NCBI RefSeq assembly: GCF_006345805.1
Contig: NC_042998.1
Location: forward strand, 30,070,001 to 30,134,000
Source of the DNA: Octopus sinensis
Taxonomy: Eukaryota
Direction: 5' to 3'
Length of the DNA: 64,000 bases
Position 1 is the stretch's first letter. Each line of letters begins with the position of its first letter. The position numbers and the translations under genes were made by a program. Of this stretch, positions 51,711 through 63,778 are shown piece after piece. Under the pieces are notes generated by a model, which had not been told where the DNA came from, did not search any database, and saw nothing but the letters and a program-made list of their open reading frames with translations.

Positions 51711-52123
51711 TATTTCTTTACTACCTACAAGGAACTAAACACAGAGGGGATAAACAAGGACAGACAAACGGATTAAGTCGATTATATTGACTCCAGTGCG
51801 TGACTGGTACTTATTTAATCGACCCCGAAAGGATGAAAGGCAAAGTCGACCTCGGCGGAATTTGAAATCAGAACGAAACGGCAGACGAAATACGTATTTC
51901 TTTATTACCCACAAGGGGCTAAACATAGTGGGGACAAACAAGGACAGACATAGGTATTAAGTCAATTACATCGACCCCAGTGCGTAATTGGTACTTAATT
52001 TATCGACCCCGAAAGGATGAAAGGCAAAGTCAACCTCGGCGGAATTTGAACTCACAACGTAACGGCAGACGAGATACGGCTACGCATTTCGCTTGGCGTG
52101 CTAACGGTTCTGCTAGCTCGCCA
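51711..52123 (-). mobile_element. SINE-A head-to-tail dimer
   Basis: Junction 51894|51895. Confidence 0.9.
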
Positions 52124-52289
52124 CAAGAATGTGATGAGGTCTTCATGCCAATAGCTCGTAATATCAAAAGATAATGCATTCAAATTATCATTACAAATGT
52201 ATGCTTACTCTAGAAATCCATCAGGTATTTTGTATGAATACTTTTATATGGTTGACTCTATTGATGTTTTCGAAAAATACACAAAAACA

Positions 52290-52336
52290 TTGTGGGAAAA
52301 AATATTGTACACCTCCGACTTTCAGGAGCCGCTGTA
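52290..52336 (-). mobile_element. Possible Tc1-like TIR remnant
   Basis: Reverse complement TA|CAGCGGCTCCTGAAAGT next to a TA/TG tract. Confidence 0.3.
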
Positions 52337-53536
52337 TATGTATGTATGTATATCTGTGTGTGTATTTCAATAATTTAGCCGCTGACATGAATACGATTGA
52401 GATAAAATTCGATGTACAACCGTGTCGTTGTCTCTCCCATACTATTTTATGTTTACAGAACTACAAAGCCATCTAGTGAGTCAAAATGGAACCATGGACT
52501 TAGAAATATTCATGCTTACAGTATTTTACTCAGATAAACTTACACGCAATGATTGATATATGTCCTTTAGTTTTAGATAAATTAACCACAATTAAATCGG
52601 GCGCCAGGTATTGACTACAAGTCCCGTGTCCATTTTCGCTTACAATTGGGAAAAAAGAGAAATAATCATGGGAGCAATTTGAAATAATACGCAATTAAAT
52701 TGCCAGCGAATGAAATAGATCTGGAGGAGACAGATCAACGAAAATAGCTCATGCTATATTAAATATTACTACAGATATTAATATCCAATAAAATCAGATT
52801 TATGTCAGGAGACATGATGTCACACGTTATAAAACTATACCAACGTAAGATATCTTCACTCGGTCGATTTCTTTTACCTCATATTCAAATATATCAATTC
52901 TTAATCTAGGTTTCTGGATGTAAGTAAATTGAGAGGTTAATCGATTTTTAAAGCAACATATATAAAGAACAAAAATCTAAACCAAAGGGATGGCGATGCC
53001 GAAAGCGTTTTGGGTTGCAGGAAATTAAGAGTTTTTAGCTTTCTTTATCCATTTCGAACCAATTTATATTTAAATCGTCTCTGATATCTACTTACAGAAA
53101 TTGTCTATAATATAGATTTTAAAGAAGATACGCAAAGGAACAATCTTATATCAAGAAGATGAATAAAACGATGACACATTAACTATCTATTTCAGATTTA
53201 AATTCTGCCAAAAAATTTTCTCTTGATCATATGGTAGGATTTTATAGAAATCTTTTATTAAAGTGAAAAGCTGGCACAATGCGGCTGATTTAATATATTC
53301 TAGATTAATCGTTCTCTCAAAGCAAAATACTTGAGAATCAGGTTTGCTCCAACCTATTCCTCTAATTACTTTTTTATGCCAACACATTTTTACCCTTTGA
53401 AATATTAAAAAAAATATATATTCTGGTCAGTCCTTTCTTCAATATATTTTCCTTCAAAGAACAATGTTAACAAATGTCGGCCATAATTTTCGAAACTTTA
53501 TGCATATATATATAGGCATGTGTGTGTGCATGTATG

Positions 53537-53607
<71 letters not shown>

Positions 53608-53609
<2 letters not shown>

Positions 53610-53645
53610 GGTGCAGCAGTGGATGTGTGGTAAGTAACTTGTTTA
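53608..53645 (+). mobile_element. SINE-B head cut by the assembly gap
   Basis: AGGTGCAGCAGTGGATGTGTGGTAAGTAACTTG. Confidence 0.7.
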
Positions 53646-53745
53646 NNNNNNNNNNNNNNNNNNNNNNNNNNNNNNNNNNNNNNNNNNNNNNNNNNNNNNN
53701 NNNNNNNNNNNNNNNNNNNNNNNNNNNNNNNNNNNNNNNNNNNNN
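53646..53745. other. Assembly gap (100 N)
   Basis: Run of N; true size unknown. Confidence 1.
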
Positions 53746-55110
53746 AACACGAAAAACATACAAGAAAACAAACCCCACCGCTCATAATTCAATTAATGTT
53801 GAAGCAAAAAATTTAGCCATAAACATTAAAATAGAAGACAAAATAGAAAAGCTTATCTGACGAAATCCTTTCATAACTCTGAAAGACTTGCTGTAGATTA
53901 ATAAATCTCACAAAAAGCGAAATGGGAATTATTAGTAAATTCATTTTAGATAATATTATACGACATATCAGAGCACACACAAATCTTATTCAATGTATAT
54001 GCAGTAGTGCAACTATTGAATGGTTTAAGAAAATAGAAGATAAACCCTAACGCAAATTTATACTGTTCGATATCGTAGAAGTCAACCCCTCCGATCTCCA
54101 AAAGCTTGCTTCAGTAGGCACTTGAAGTTAGAGATATATGTCACTATAACAAATACTGATTTAGATATAATTATGAACGCAAGAGAAGCATTACTCTTTC
54201 ATGATAATTCCTATTGAGTAAAAAAAAAAGAATGGAGACTTTATAGCATGGATGTTGATACTAACATAGATAGGAAATCCTCCAATCTAATAGCCAAACA
54301 CTTCCCACATTCACACAAGCGCTAAAAATTCTTCCTCAGAAATACTGTGAAAGTTAGCTATAGTAGCTTCTCCAATACAGGGTCAATAATATTCAATCCC
54401 AATAAATATAAACAGACCAGAAACACCCCTGAAAGAAAACGCTACTGCAGATCCCCAAACCACCACCCTCTAAACAACAACTGTCTCGAGAAAGAACTCG
54501 TATACAAGGCCAAGGTCACGAACCCCAACGGAATAGCAAAAATGTATATCGGAATGACGGGCAACTCGTTTAAGGAAAGGTATAGGCAACATCTGGTGTC
54601 ATTCAGAGACAAAATTGGAAAAAAAATGCAACATCCTTGTCAAATATGATATGTATATTGAAACAAGGTGGAATAAGTAAACCCAGATAGAGTGGAAAGT
54701 TATTGCTAAAGCCAAAAAAGAGAGAGGACGGGGTGCCGAATGTGAACTCTGTATTACTGAAAATTTAACATTATACAATCAACAGATAACATCCTGAATA
54801 TTAGGGATGAAACCTTCTCTCCTTGCAACAAGCAATATGTTACACTCAAATATCTCAAAGAGCCACTGTCTACGACGACAATCCCACGAATATAGCCACT
54901 TTCCTAAAGGTGAAATCAGAACACACATAGCACCAAACTGCACACACAGAATAAATATGGCCCAGTAACGAACTACAAAAAACACACAGGTATAAGAACA
55001 CCATGCCCAGGCCAAAAACAAAATAATATAAACAAATTAACCACACAAAAATTTGCCCAAATGACAAATTCAAGGCAGGCATACATCCAAAATTTAAAAC
55101 CGAAGAATAA
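53746..55110 (+). mobile_element. Decayed Penelope-like element (RT N-terminal part, internal deletion, GIY-YIG endonuclease)
   Basis: KTYKK, PFITLKD, FILFDIVEVNPS (RT motif A-like, about 54058-54095), VKVSYS, KMYIGMTGNSFKERY (GIY-YIG) and CELCITE...LNIRDE; later RT motifs are missing. Confidence 0.88.
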
Positions 55111-55649
55111 CGTCCCTTGATTCATTGATTCATTGATTTATTCACGTGAATTCACGAGAATCTTCGCGAATTAAACAGGGTTGTATTTTCCAAAATGGAA
55201 GGTGGAATAAATATTTAGATGCGACGGGGTACCAAATTCACCGATAAGGCTTTGGTGTTCCCATGATTATAGTTGAAGTCATTTGCCGAAGGTGTCGCAC
55301 AGTAGCACTGAAGCTAAGATCACTTGGTTTGAAAACAGTTTTCTGAGTGACACAGCCACGTCACTTCATTTTTATTAGTTCTTCCACAATTTCTTATTCT
55401 CTGCCTATTTTATATATAATTTATATTTGTACATTTCCTCTTTACACTTTGAAAATAAAGGAAATGTCTGTTTATTATTTCAGTATGAAGATGCTGAATT
55501 TAGATTTTGTAATTATAAAGGGGATATATTGCAACGATCGCATATACATTTCGCTGTAGAGTTAACATTTATTGGGAAATTTCAAGTTTATCCGAAAAGA
55601 TACCAAGTAATAATTTTTAACATCAAAATCTTTCCTTCGATGAATATTG

Positions 55650-56228
55650 TTTTGTACTCTGGTCACAAGGCTCGAAATTTATGGGGAGGGGTCCAGTCGA
55701 TTAGATCGACTCCAGGACGCAATTGGGATTTAACTTATCGACCCTGAATGGATGAAAGACAAAGTCGACCTCGGCGGAATTTGAACGCGCAACGTAATGA
55801 CAGACGAAATACCTATTTCTTTACTACCCACAACGCGATAAACACAGAAGGGTCAAACAAGGAAAGACAAACGGATTAAGTCGATTATATCGACCCCAGT
55901 GCGTAACTGGTACTTATTTAATCGACCCCGAAAGGATGAAGGGCAAAGTCGACCTCGGCGGAATTTCAACTCAGAACGTAGCGACAGACGAAATACCTAT
56001 TTCTTTATTACCCACAAGGGGCTAAACACAGAGGGGACAAACAAGGACAGACAAACGGATTATGTCGATTACATCGACACCAGTGCGTAACTGGTACTTA
56101 ATTTATCGACCCCGAAAGGATGAAAGGCAAAGTCGACCTCGGCGGAATTTGAACTCAGAACGTAACGGCAGACGAAATACCGGTAAGCATTTCGCCCGGC
56201 GTGCTAACGTGTCTGCCAGCTCGCCGCC
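55650..56228 (-). mobile_element. SINE-A trimer (head + two tail-A units + one tail-B unit)
   Basis: Junctions 55813|55814 and 55997|55998; outer TSD TTC(G/A)ATGAATATTG at 55636-55649 and 56236-56249. Confidence 0.92.
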
Positions 56229-57694
56229 TTTCTAATTCAATGAATATTGCAATCTAAATTCTAAATCTATCGTGTACGTGATGTAAAGTCACTTAAATAG
56301 TTGTAAATGTTAAAAGAGAGAAAAATACATTATCATTTAACTCTAAATACTTCTTGATTATAAAATGTCAAACGTCATTGTTTATCGTCATTCTATATTA
56401 TTAGATATGAAAATGAATACCAGTTGTACAAATCCTCCTCAGCTGACATTAAAGCGAGCCCACTTCATGACAACCGTTACCGAACATAGCATATTGATTC
56501 TTCTTGAAGTTTGTAAACATAAAACTATATAGTAATTCTCGTTCAAATCACAGCATATTGATCAGCAAAGCGATATAATCAGCATAGAACAATTTTCTGT
56601 AACTCGATAATATATTATCTATAAAGACATATATTACACCCAGTACAGCGTTTAATTGGAAATATCTGTTAAATATCCTTCAACTATCGTATGATCACGC
56701 CAACATATTTATTTCGGTTGCAGGAATGCATAGAGTAACAATCTGAGTTTTGACACATTGAATCACTAGCTTTTGGAGGAATAAATAAACTCTAGTATTT
56801 ATGTATTGAATATGTATTCTTTTTTTCTCTGTGTGCGTACAGTAACAAACACACCAATGCACACAAATATACATTATTTTTAACGTTGTTGAACCACCAG
56901 ACTGTATGTTACTTCTAAGATATTGAAACTATAATGATATTCACCAGGCAGCTGATGATCGAAGCGTACGCCTGATAAGTTTGTAGTCTGTGAATATTCT
57001 ATATTTTGTGGTCTCATTGTACTAAGTTGTCCTCCATTCTCATGGGACTGTGCTCCTTAAATACTTCTTGTTTTCCTCGTTTATGAATGTTTTGTTGTTT
57101 GTACTATACCATAAATAAGTGTTGCATGATTATCATTCATTGGTATTCTAATAATAGCTTGGGTTTCTAATTCAGGTAGATTTGCACATGAATTTGTTTA
57201 CGTGTGAATGTATACTTTCAGACGTATGTGTTTAGGATAATAGATATATAAAATGTTTAAATACAGTTTCTGTTATTATCAGGTAGAAATGGTTTGAGTG
57301 ATACTGAAGCGAAATTAAAAGTTTAAAAGCAAGAATATTATGGACAATCTGATATACTTTGTGCACGATGTATGTTTTAGTTTTTCCTCATAAACGAAAC
57401 TATGTCACTAGGCAAACTGGACTTTATTTATCGCAACGGATAAAGAGACGTAGAGCAGAACGAACAATCGAACGAATGAACGCATACAAAAAGTCATTAA
57501 AATGGCAAAAATCGAAATACAATAATAAAAGAACAAAGAAAATAAAGAAAAGAAGGTAACAAATATATTCCTTGGAGGAGAAAGGACAGTTTTATATCTA
57601 CGGCCATACGTTTTCAAAGGTTGCAACATTGGAGGCCCAAAAATTGTAAATTTTCCTTTATGAAATTTGAAGTTGATTAAATAATAGTCGCTTA

Positions 57695-58417
57695 AGTGCA
57701 GGTGTGGTTGTGTGGTAAGTAGCTTGCTTACCAACCACATGGTTCTGGGTTCATTCCCATTGCGTGGCACCTTGGGCAAGTGTCTTCTACTATAGCCTAG
57801 GGCCGATCAAAGCCTTGGGAGTGGATTTGGTAGACGGAAACTGAAAGAAGCCCTTCATATATATATATAATAGCAGTATCGCCCGGCGTTGCTCGGGTTT
57901 GTAAGGGAAATAACTATATAAGCATTTTTAGAGAGTTACTTCCCTTATAGATGCCAATTCGGGCTTTCTTAGCCATTTCTGTTTTGGTGTCTTCAAGCCA
58001 TGAAGTCGCTGTTCTAAAAGAACGCTGGTCTCCTTGACAACGCTTTACGACGTTGATTTCCTTACACTCCCTTCCCCACAGCTTCACGAGGGAGGAAGAA
58101 GGGGGAGAAGCAAACAGGTGCAGGTGTGACATGGACGCCACCTCCACCGCCATCGACACACGAAAAATTATGCATTAAAATGGAATAAAAAATGATGTTA
58201 AATTATTTTTAAAATCGTAGACTCATCGTAGACGCGCGCTAATACTCAGACGGACTCGATATGAATCACGACTATAAGATACCCGAATTTGGTTAAACTG
58301 CACCGCAAAATGTGGGAGTAGTAGTTAGAATCTAAATCGAAGGGACAGACACTCACACAACTACAGTTTTATATATATATATATATAATATATATATACA
58401 TATATATATTATGTGTA

Positions 58418-58454
<37 letters not shown>

Positions 58455-58618
58455 TCCCCCTAACATCGCTTAACAACCGATACTGGTGTGTTTACTTCCG
58501 CGTAACTTACCGGTTCTGCAAAAGAGACCGATAGAATAAGTACTAGGTGTCGATTTGATCGACTTAAGGCGGAGCACCAGCATGGCCGCAGTCAAATGAC
58601 TGAAACAAGTAAAAGAGT
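57695..58618 (+). mobile_element. SINE-B split by a Helitron (head 57695-57860, 3' half about 58420-58618)
   Basis: Both halves colinear with SINE-B. Confidence 0.85.
57870..58380 (-). mobile_element. Non-autonomous Helitron, second type
   Basis: Terminal about 65 bp almost identical to 20090-20154 (hairpin plus CTAG mutated to CTAT); different body; 5' end lies in the TA tract. Confidence 0.85.
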
Positions 58619-58799
58619 ATATACAATATTTTGCATATATTCAGCAAAGTTCTTATGGTGTAATTCTTGTATGACTATATTGTTTGAAATTTGCAATCAA
58701 TAAAAGATTTCCGTTTTTAAATTCCAAGTGTGGAAGTATTACAGTATGTGTTAATCTTCCATATGGCCCCAAGAACGACGGGAAGTCCATTGTTTCGTT

Positions 58800-59005
58800 T
58801 CAGGGTTTTGTTGAAATTGATGGATGTCTGCATTTGACTGCGGCCATGCTGGAGTACCGCCTTTAGTCGAGTAAAATCGACCCAGGACTTCTTCCTTTGA
58901 AGCCTAGTACTTATACTATCGGTCCCTTTTGCCGAACCGCTAAGTTACGGGGACGTAAACACATCACCATCGGTTGTCAAGTGATGTTGGGGGGACAAAA
59001 ACATA
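58800..59005 (-). mobile_element. SINE-B 3' half, inverted relative to 58420-58618
   Basis: TTTGACTGCGGCCATGCTGGAG...CCGAACCGCTAAGTTACGGGGACG. Confidence 0.85.
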
Positions 59006-59693
59006 CCGAATTTAGAAATAGGAGTTAAAATTCCTTTTCTGCTACTATTAGAATCTCTATGACGGTAAACATACATTTTTATGAAGGTTCCTATGCACGC
59101 GCCTGTGTGTGTGATTTGTATACATTAATATATACTAAGGAATAAAAAGTAGGTATTTTTCCAGTGTCCATTACATTGATTACAGTTCCAACACAAATGC
59201 CTTTTGCCATTGGACAGAAAATTCTGGACTATATGCCTTAATTTTAGTAAACGGTGATAATTATATGAGCTCTAGGGAGCAATTAATAGTATATAATGAC
59301 ACCCGATTATAGGACGATTCATTTTCATTCGCCCAAGTTATAATTTTAGAAATGGGGAGGAGAGAAAAGCCTCTCCTCTCGTGGCATGAGGAAGAAATAA
59401 ATCTAATAAAGATCTAAAATTGTTTTTGTATTGCTTATCTCTATATTTAGACCGTGAAGTAACTAAAACATAAACTGCTTGTTTTGCACTATTCATTTTT
59501 AATTAATCCATTCACTTTCTATGTTTTTTATAAAGCAATGAATTTGCATAACAATATGAACGAATTATTAATCTGTTTTAACGTTATCTCTATCCACCAG
59601 TGTTTCATCACGAAATACGTTGCTTCGTTTGGGCTGAAAATCTGATTCTGTTTGGGGATTACTTAAATAAAATAACCTACTAATTAATACTGT

Positions 59694-59976
59694 GTGGAGG
59701 CACATGGTTAGAGCAGCGGACTCGCCGTCGAAGGATCGCGGGTTCGAATGTCAGGCCGAGCAATGTGTGTGTTTATGAGCGAAACACCTAAGCTTCACGC
59801 GGCTCCGGCAGAAGGTAACACTGACTCTTTCGTCATAACTTTCTCTCATTCTTTCCTCCTGCATCTTACAGCTCACCTGCGACGGACCGGCGTCCCGTCC
59901 AGGTGGGAAACCTATACGCCAAGGAAGCCGGGAAACCGGCCCTTATGAGCCAGGCATGGCTCGTGAAGGAACTAAC
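59694..59976 (+). mobile_element. SINE-C variant with 12-bp TSD
   Basis: B box GGGTTCGAAT, V-like TGCGACGGACCGGCGTCCCGTCCAG, tail GCCAGGCATGGCTCG...AACTAAC; TSD AATTAATACTGT at 59682-59693 and 59977-59988. Confidence 0.88.
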
Positions 59977-61704
59977 AATTAATACTGTACCCAAATTGTA
60001 GATTAACCGCATCAAGATTCTTTCGAAGGAGACTAAATTAGTCGCATTCTAATCATGTAAGTTGAGAAATATACCTCACCGATTGAAAATTCCTATACGA
60101 GAGTGGTTTAGTTGGGTGTACATGATACAATGCTTCGAACAACCATCCTACATAGCCTGAATCAGCAGAAGCGAGTATAATAGAAAACCTAAGTTACTGA
60201 GGATATTGTTCTCTATCTGAGTATAAAAATAACTTATCTTGTGATCCGTATGAGGATTGGAATTCAACTCATCAACTACTGAGAAAGACTCGTACGTTGC
60301 GTATATAGTCTTCTACTGCTTAATTTATTTACCAGAATGAATGATATTTGATCTGTTTGCTACTGTCTGTTATGGGTGCATAAAAATGAAATGTTTGTCA
60401 ACACCATGCCACATATACGTATCGATACTAAATGTCAAGTAATGAAGTAAACAACTTGACTCAGCTATTTACGATCATTATTTATTCACAATAATATAGG
60501 AATTTTGTGTATAAAATTACAGACACATTAAATATACGATAAACACTAATAGCAGCGCTTTCCCCCTTGTATTATTATTTATTCTTTTGTACATCACGTC
60601 AACTATAATACTATGATAATTTGATCTCAGTCATTAACTTTCAAAGTCGTTTTCTTTCAGTCGGTTTACTTCGATTGATTGCCGATGTTAAATTAATTAA
60701 ATTTAGCACGGCTGATTTATTAATAGTTTCATTTGAATTTTATCAGTTTCATGGTCTGGACGTCGTTCCAGCATTGATGCACGTCTGGTGACCTGATTTC
60801 TACCTTGTGGATAACTTTATCGGTAAATTAGAGAAACTGATTTCGATTATCAATGTCTAAATTAATAAATATATTTCCTCTCATAATATATTCTATACAT
60901 GGCTGGACAACCTATAGTGATGCAGACGGACATATCGAAGTCGGCCGTATTCAATTGGCTTTTATATATTAAATTTTAATTTATATTTGCAAAAGTATTT
61001 CCTCTGTGAAGCCGCATATACTGTTCTCCACGTTGCTATTTTCGCTTTCTCTCAAATATGCTCATGTATGGATATGTATTTGTGACTCTGTGTGTGCGTG
61101 AGTGTGTGTGTGTGTGTCTGTCTGTGTCTCTGTGTATGTATCAGTTTCTGTATTTATGTATATGGGACGTAAACTCCTTGTTATCTAGCAGTATATTTAT
61201 TTGAAATAAATGCCCTGATAATATTTTATGTTGATAAAAGAAGTATACGACGTTTTCAAGGAGGTGTTTGTTTCAACGTATAGATCCTTAAAAAAAATGT
61301 TTTAGCCCGAAGGCCGCGGCCATACTGGGGCACCGCCGCTGACATTTTAGAAAATATTTTGTAGCTTCATTTACGTATAATATTTAGCATTAATATCCAT
61401 AATATATTTTAAAATAAGATGGCGGAAGAGCATAAAAGGAGGAATATAAAACTAAATGCCGATCATTATACAATATTACCTTCTCAGCTCCAATTCATAC
61501 CTCTTCTACAAAATAAGTCTGTGATAGTAATAGTATTGATATTTTTGACAATAGATGATTGATATTTTCGATAATAGATCCATGTCGACCAAAGTGAAAT
61601 TTGGTAATGTGAAAATTTGTGGAACTTGCGTGTTCATTTCTGCTAAAATATAAGACAGTGTGCTGATATGTTATTCATGCCCTCGACCTATATTTATCGT
61701 GCAT

Positions 61705-61925
61705 GAAGGCGGCGAGCTGGCAGAAACGTTAGCACGCCGGGCGAAATGCGTCTGTCTTTGCGTTCCGAGTTCAAATTCCGCCGAGGTCGACTTTGCCTTT
61801 CATCCTTTCGGGGTCGATAAATTAAGTACCAGTTACGCACTGTGGTCGATGTAATCGACATAATCCCTTTGTCTGTCCTTGTTTGTCCCCTCTGTGTTTA
61901 GCCCCTTGTGCGTAGTAAAGAAATA
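61705..61925 (+). mobile_element. SINE-A monomer, tail A, 16-bp TSD
   Basis: TSD TATATTTATCGTGCAT at 61689-61704 and 61926-61941 fixes the 3' end at AAAGAAATA. Confidence 0.95.
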
Positions 61926-62635
61926 TATATTTATCGTGCATTGCCTCTGTTTAGGATAGCTTATAACATCTAATGCTACAAAGCACAAGCGCTATGTAAG
62001 GAAAGGTACAGTAGATAGCTGCATAGCATAATACACAATTCCTGTGCACCAAATGCTTTTTCCGAATACTTGTTCAGCATTACTTTAATATACTATGATC
62101 GCTTGCTTTCCAGAGGTAAACTGTTTGTGGCAGATATAGAAACCATATCCGTACTAACATTGATAGTTATCTGTTTGCAGATGTGGTGAGTGAGAAATAT
62201 TAAAAAAAGGTATACGAATATTGATAAAGATCTTGATAAGAGGGTGAGAGGAGTGTTGAGCCGAGTGAATGAGATTGTGTAAAGAAAGAGAAGCAAGGAT
62301 AGAGACACGAATCTAAAATAACAAACTGATTTACTATTTCTGCACGGAAAGCCACTGTCAGTTAAACTAGTTTAGAGTTGCAAGCTAAATTTCAGTAAAC
62401 TACCAGATGGGAGCGATAGATACGACGATAATTGATTTTTTTTTTTAATTACAGCTAGCAACTTCTGGCGTTATATTATACAGGCTAACGTTTTGTTACA
62501 TGGAGATGAACAATCTACGCTGTTTGTTTCTATATCACAATCCCTTGGAGAGAGAAAAATAAACATTCATGTCTAAGTGAAATAACCACCAATGTATATC
62601 TGCCAATATGTGCATCGGAGACAGAAATTATTATG

Positions 62636-62792
62636 CATAGGGGCAGCAGTGGCTTTGTGGTAAGTAGCTTGCTTACCAACCACATGGTTCCCGGTTCAGT
62701 CACGGTGGGCAAGTGTCTTCTGCTATAGCCTCGGGCCGACCAAAGCCTTGGGAGTAGATTTGGTAGACGGAAACTGAAAGAAGCCCGTCGTG

Positions 62793-62833
<41 letters not shown>

Positions 62834-63038
62834 TGTGTATGTGTGTCTGTTGTCTCCCCAGCATCGCTTGACAACCGATGCTGGTGTGTTTGCGTCCCCG
62901 TAACTTAGCGGTTCTGCAAAAGAGTCCGATAGAATAAGTACTAGGCTTCCAAAGAATAAGTCCTGGGGTGGATTTGCTCGACTAAAGGCGGTGCTCCAGC
63001 ATGGCCACAGTCAAATGACTGAAACGAGTAAAAGAGTA
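62636..63038 (+). mobile_element. SINE-B, full length
   Basis: Colinear with other copies. Confidence 0.9.
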
Positions 63039-63741
63039 TATGCGACACCATACCATATTTTGATGGTACAGAAAATGAGCGAAACAATTCAATGCTGACT
63101 CTTTAAAGGGATTTAAAATCGTATCTAATGAGGTAAGCATCAACATTTCTGTCAGCAGAAGAGAAATGGAATTTGGTAAGTTTCATACTATTCCTTAGTT
63201 ACTTATGGACTCCGTCGGAAAGTGATATAGGCTTGAAAGACAATGGAAACCACTCAGCCGTCACGATTGGTTTGTAGCTTATGTCAAAAATATGATAAGC
63301 GATAGAGAGAGAGAAAAGAAAAGGAAAATATTGAAATGGTAACCTTTATTGCATATTTCACTTATTCTTCTTTGAAGGACGATGTTTTAGCATAAAAGAT
63401 AATAGAAGATGTTTCCTTGTCCCTTAACAATATTCCCAAATTCCGTCCGTTGCCAAATGGATTTTTCGGAAGCTCAACGTAAGAGCTGTTATGATGTACT
63501 TAATGTAAATGTACGGGGAAAATAAAATAGAATAAAATATTACAGTAGCATTAAAATAATAGTATGACACCAGGTGAACGGATCTGCTAAGTCTGCTTGT
63601 TGCAAGTAAAGGCGAACTAAGATCAATATAGAGAAAGACTCCCTGTAGTGTTAAGTATATTGATGCGGTAGTGTATTGGTGTATGATAGACAATGATAAG
63701 TAACGATCAATCACCATTAGTTCACCGCTACCGAGTGTATG

Positions 63742-63778
<37 letters not shown>

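Noticed and set aside
53467-53860. ORFs spanning the N run
   Set aside because: Artefacts of the assembly gap and the TA tract.
59164-59310. Open frame VHYIDYSSNTNAFCHWTENSGLY... after a TTTTCCAG acceptor-like site
   Set aside because: Short, unrecognised and unsupported by neighbouring exons.
60740-60820. Segment with good acceptor and donor sites
   Set aside because: Stops in all three plus frames; could only be a non-coding exon, and there is no evidence for that.
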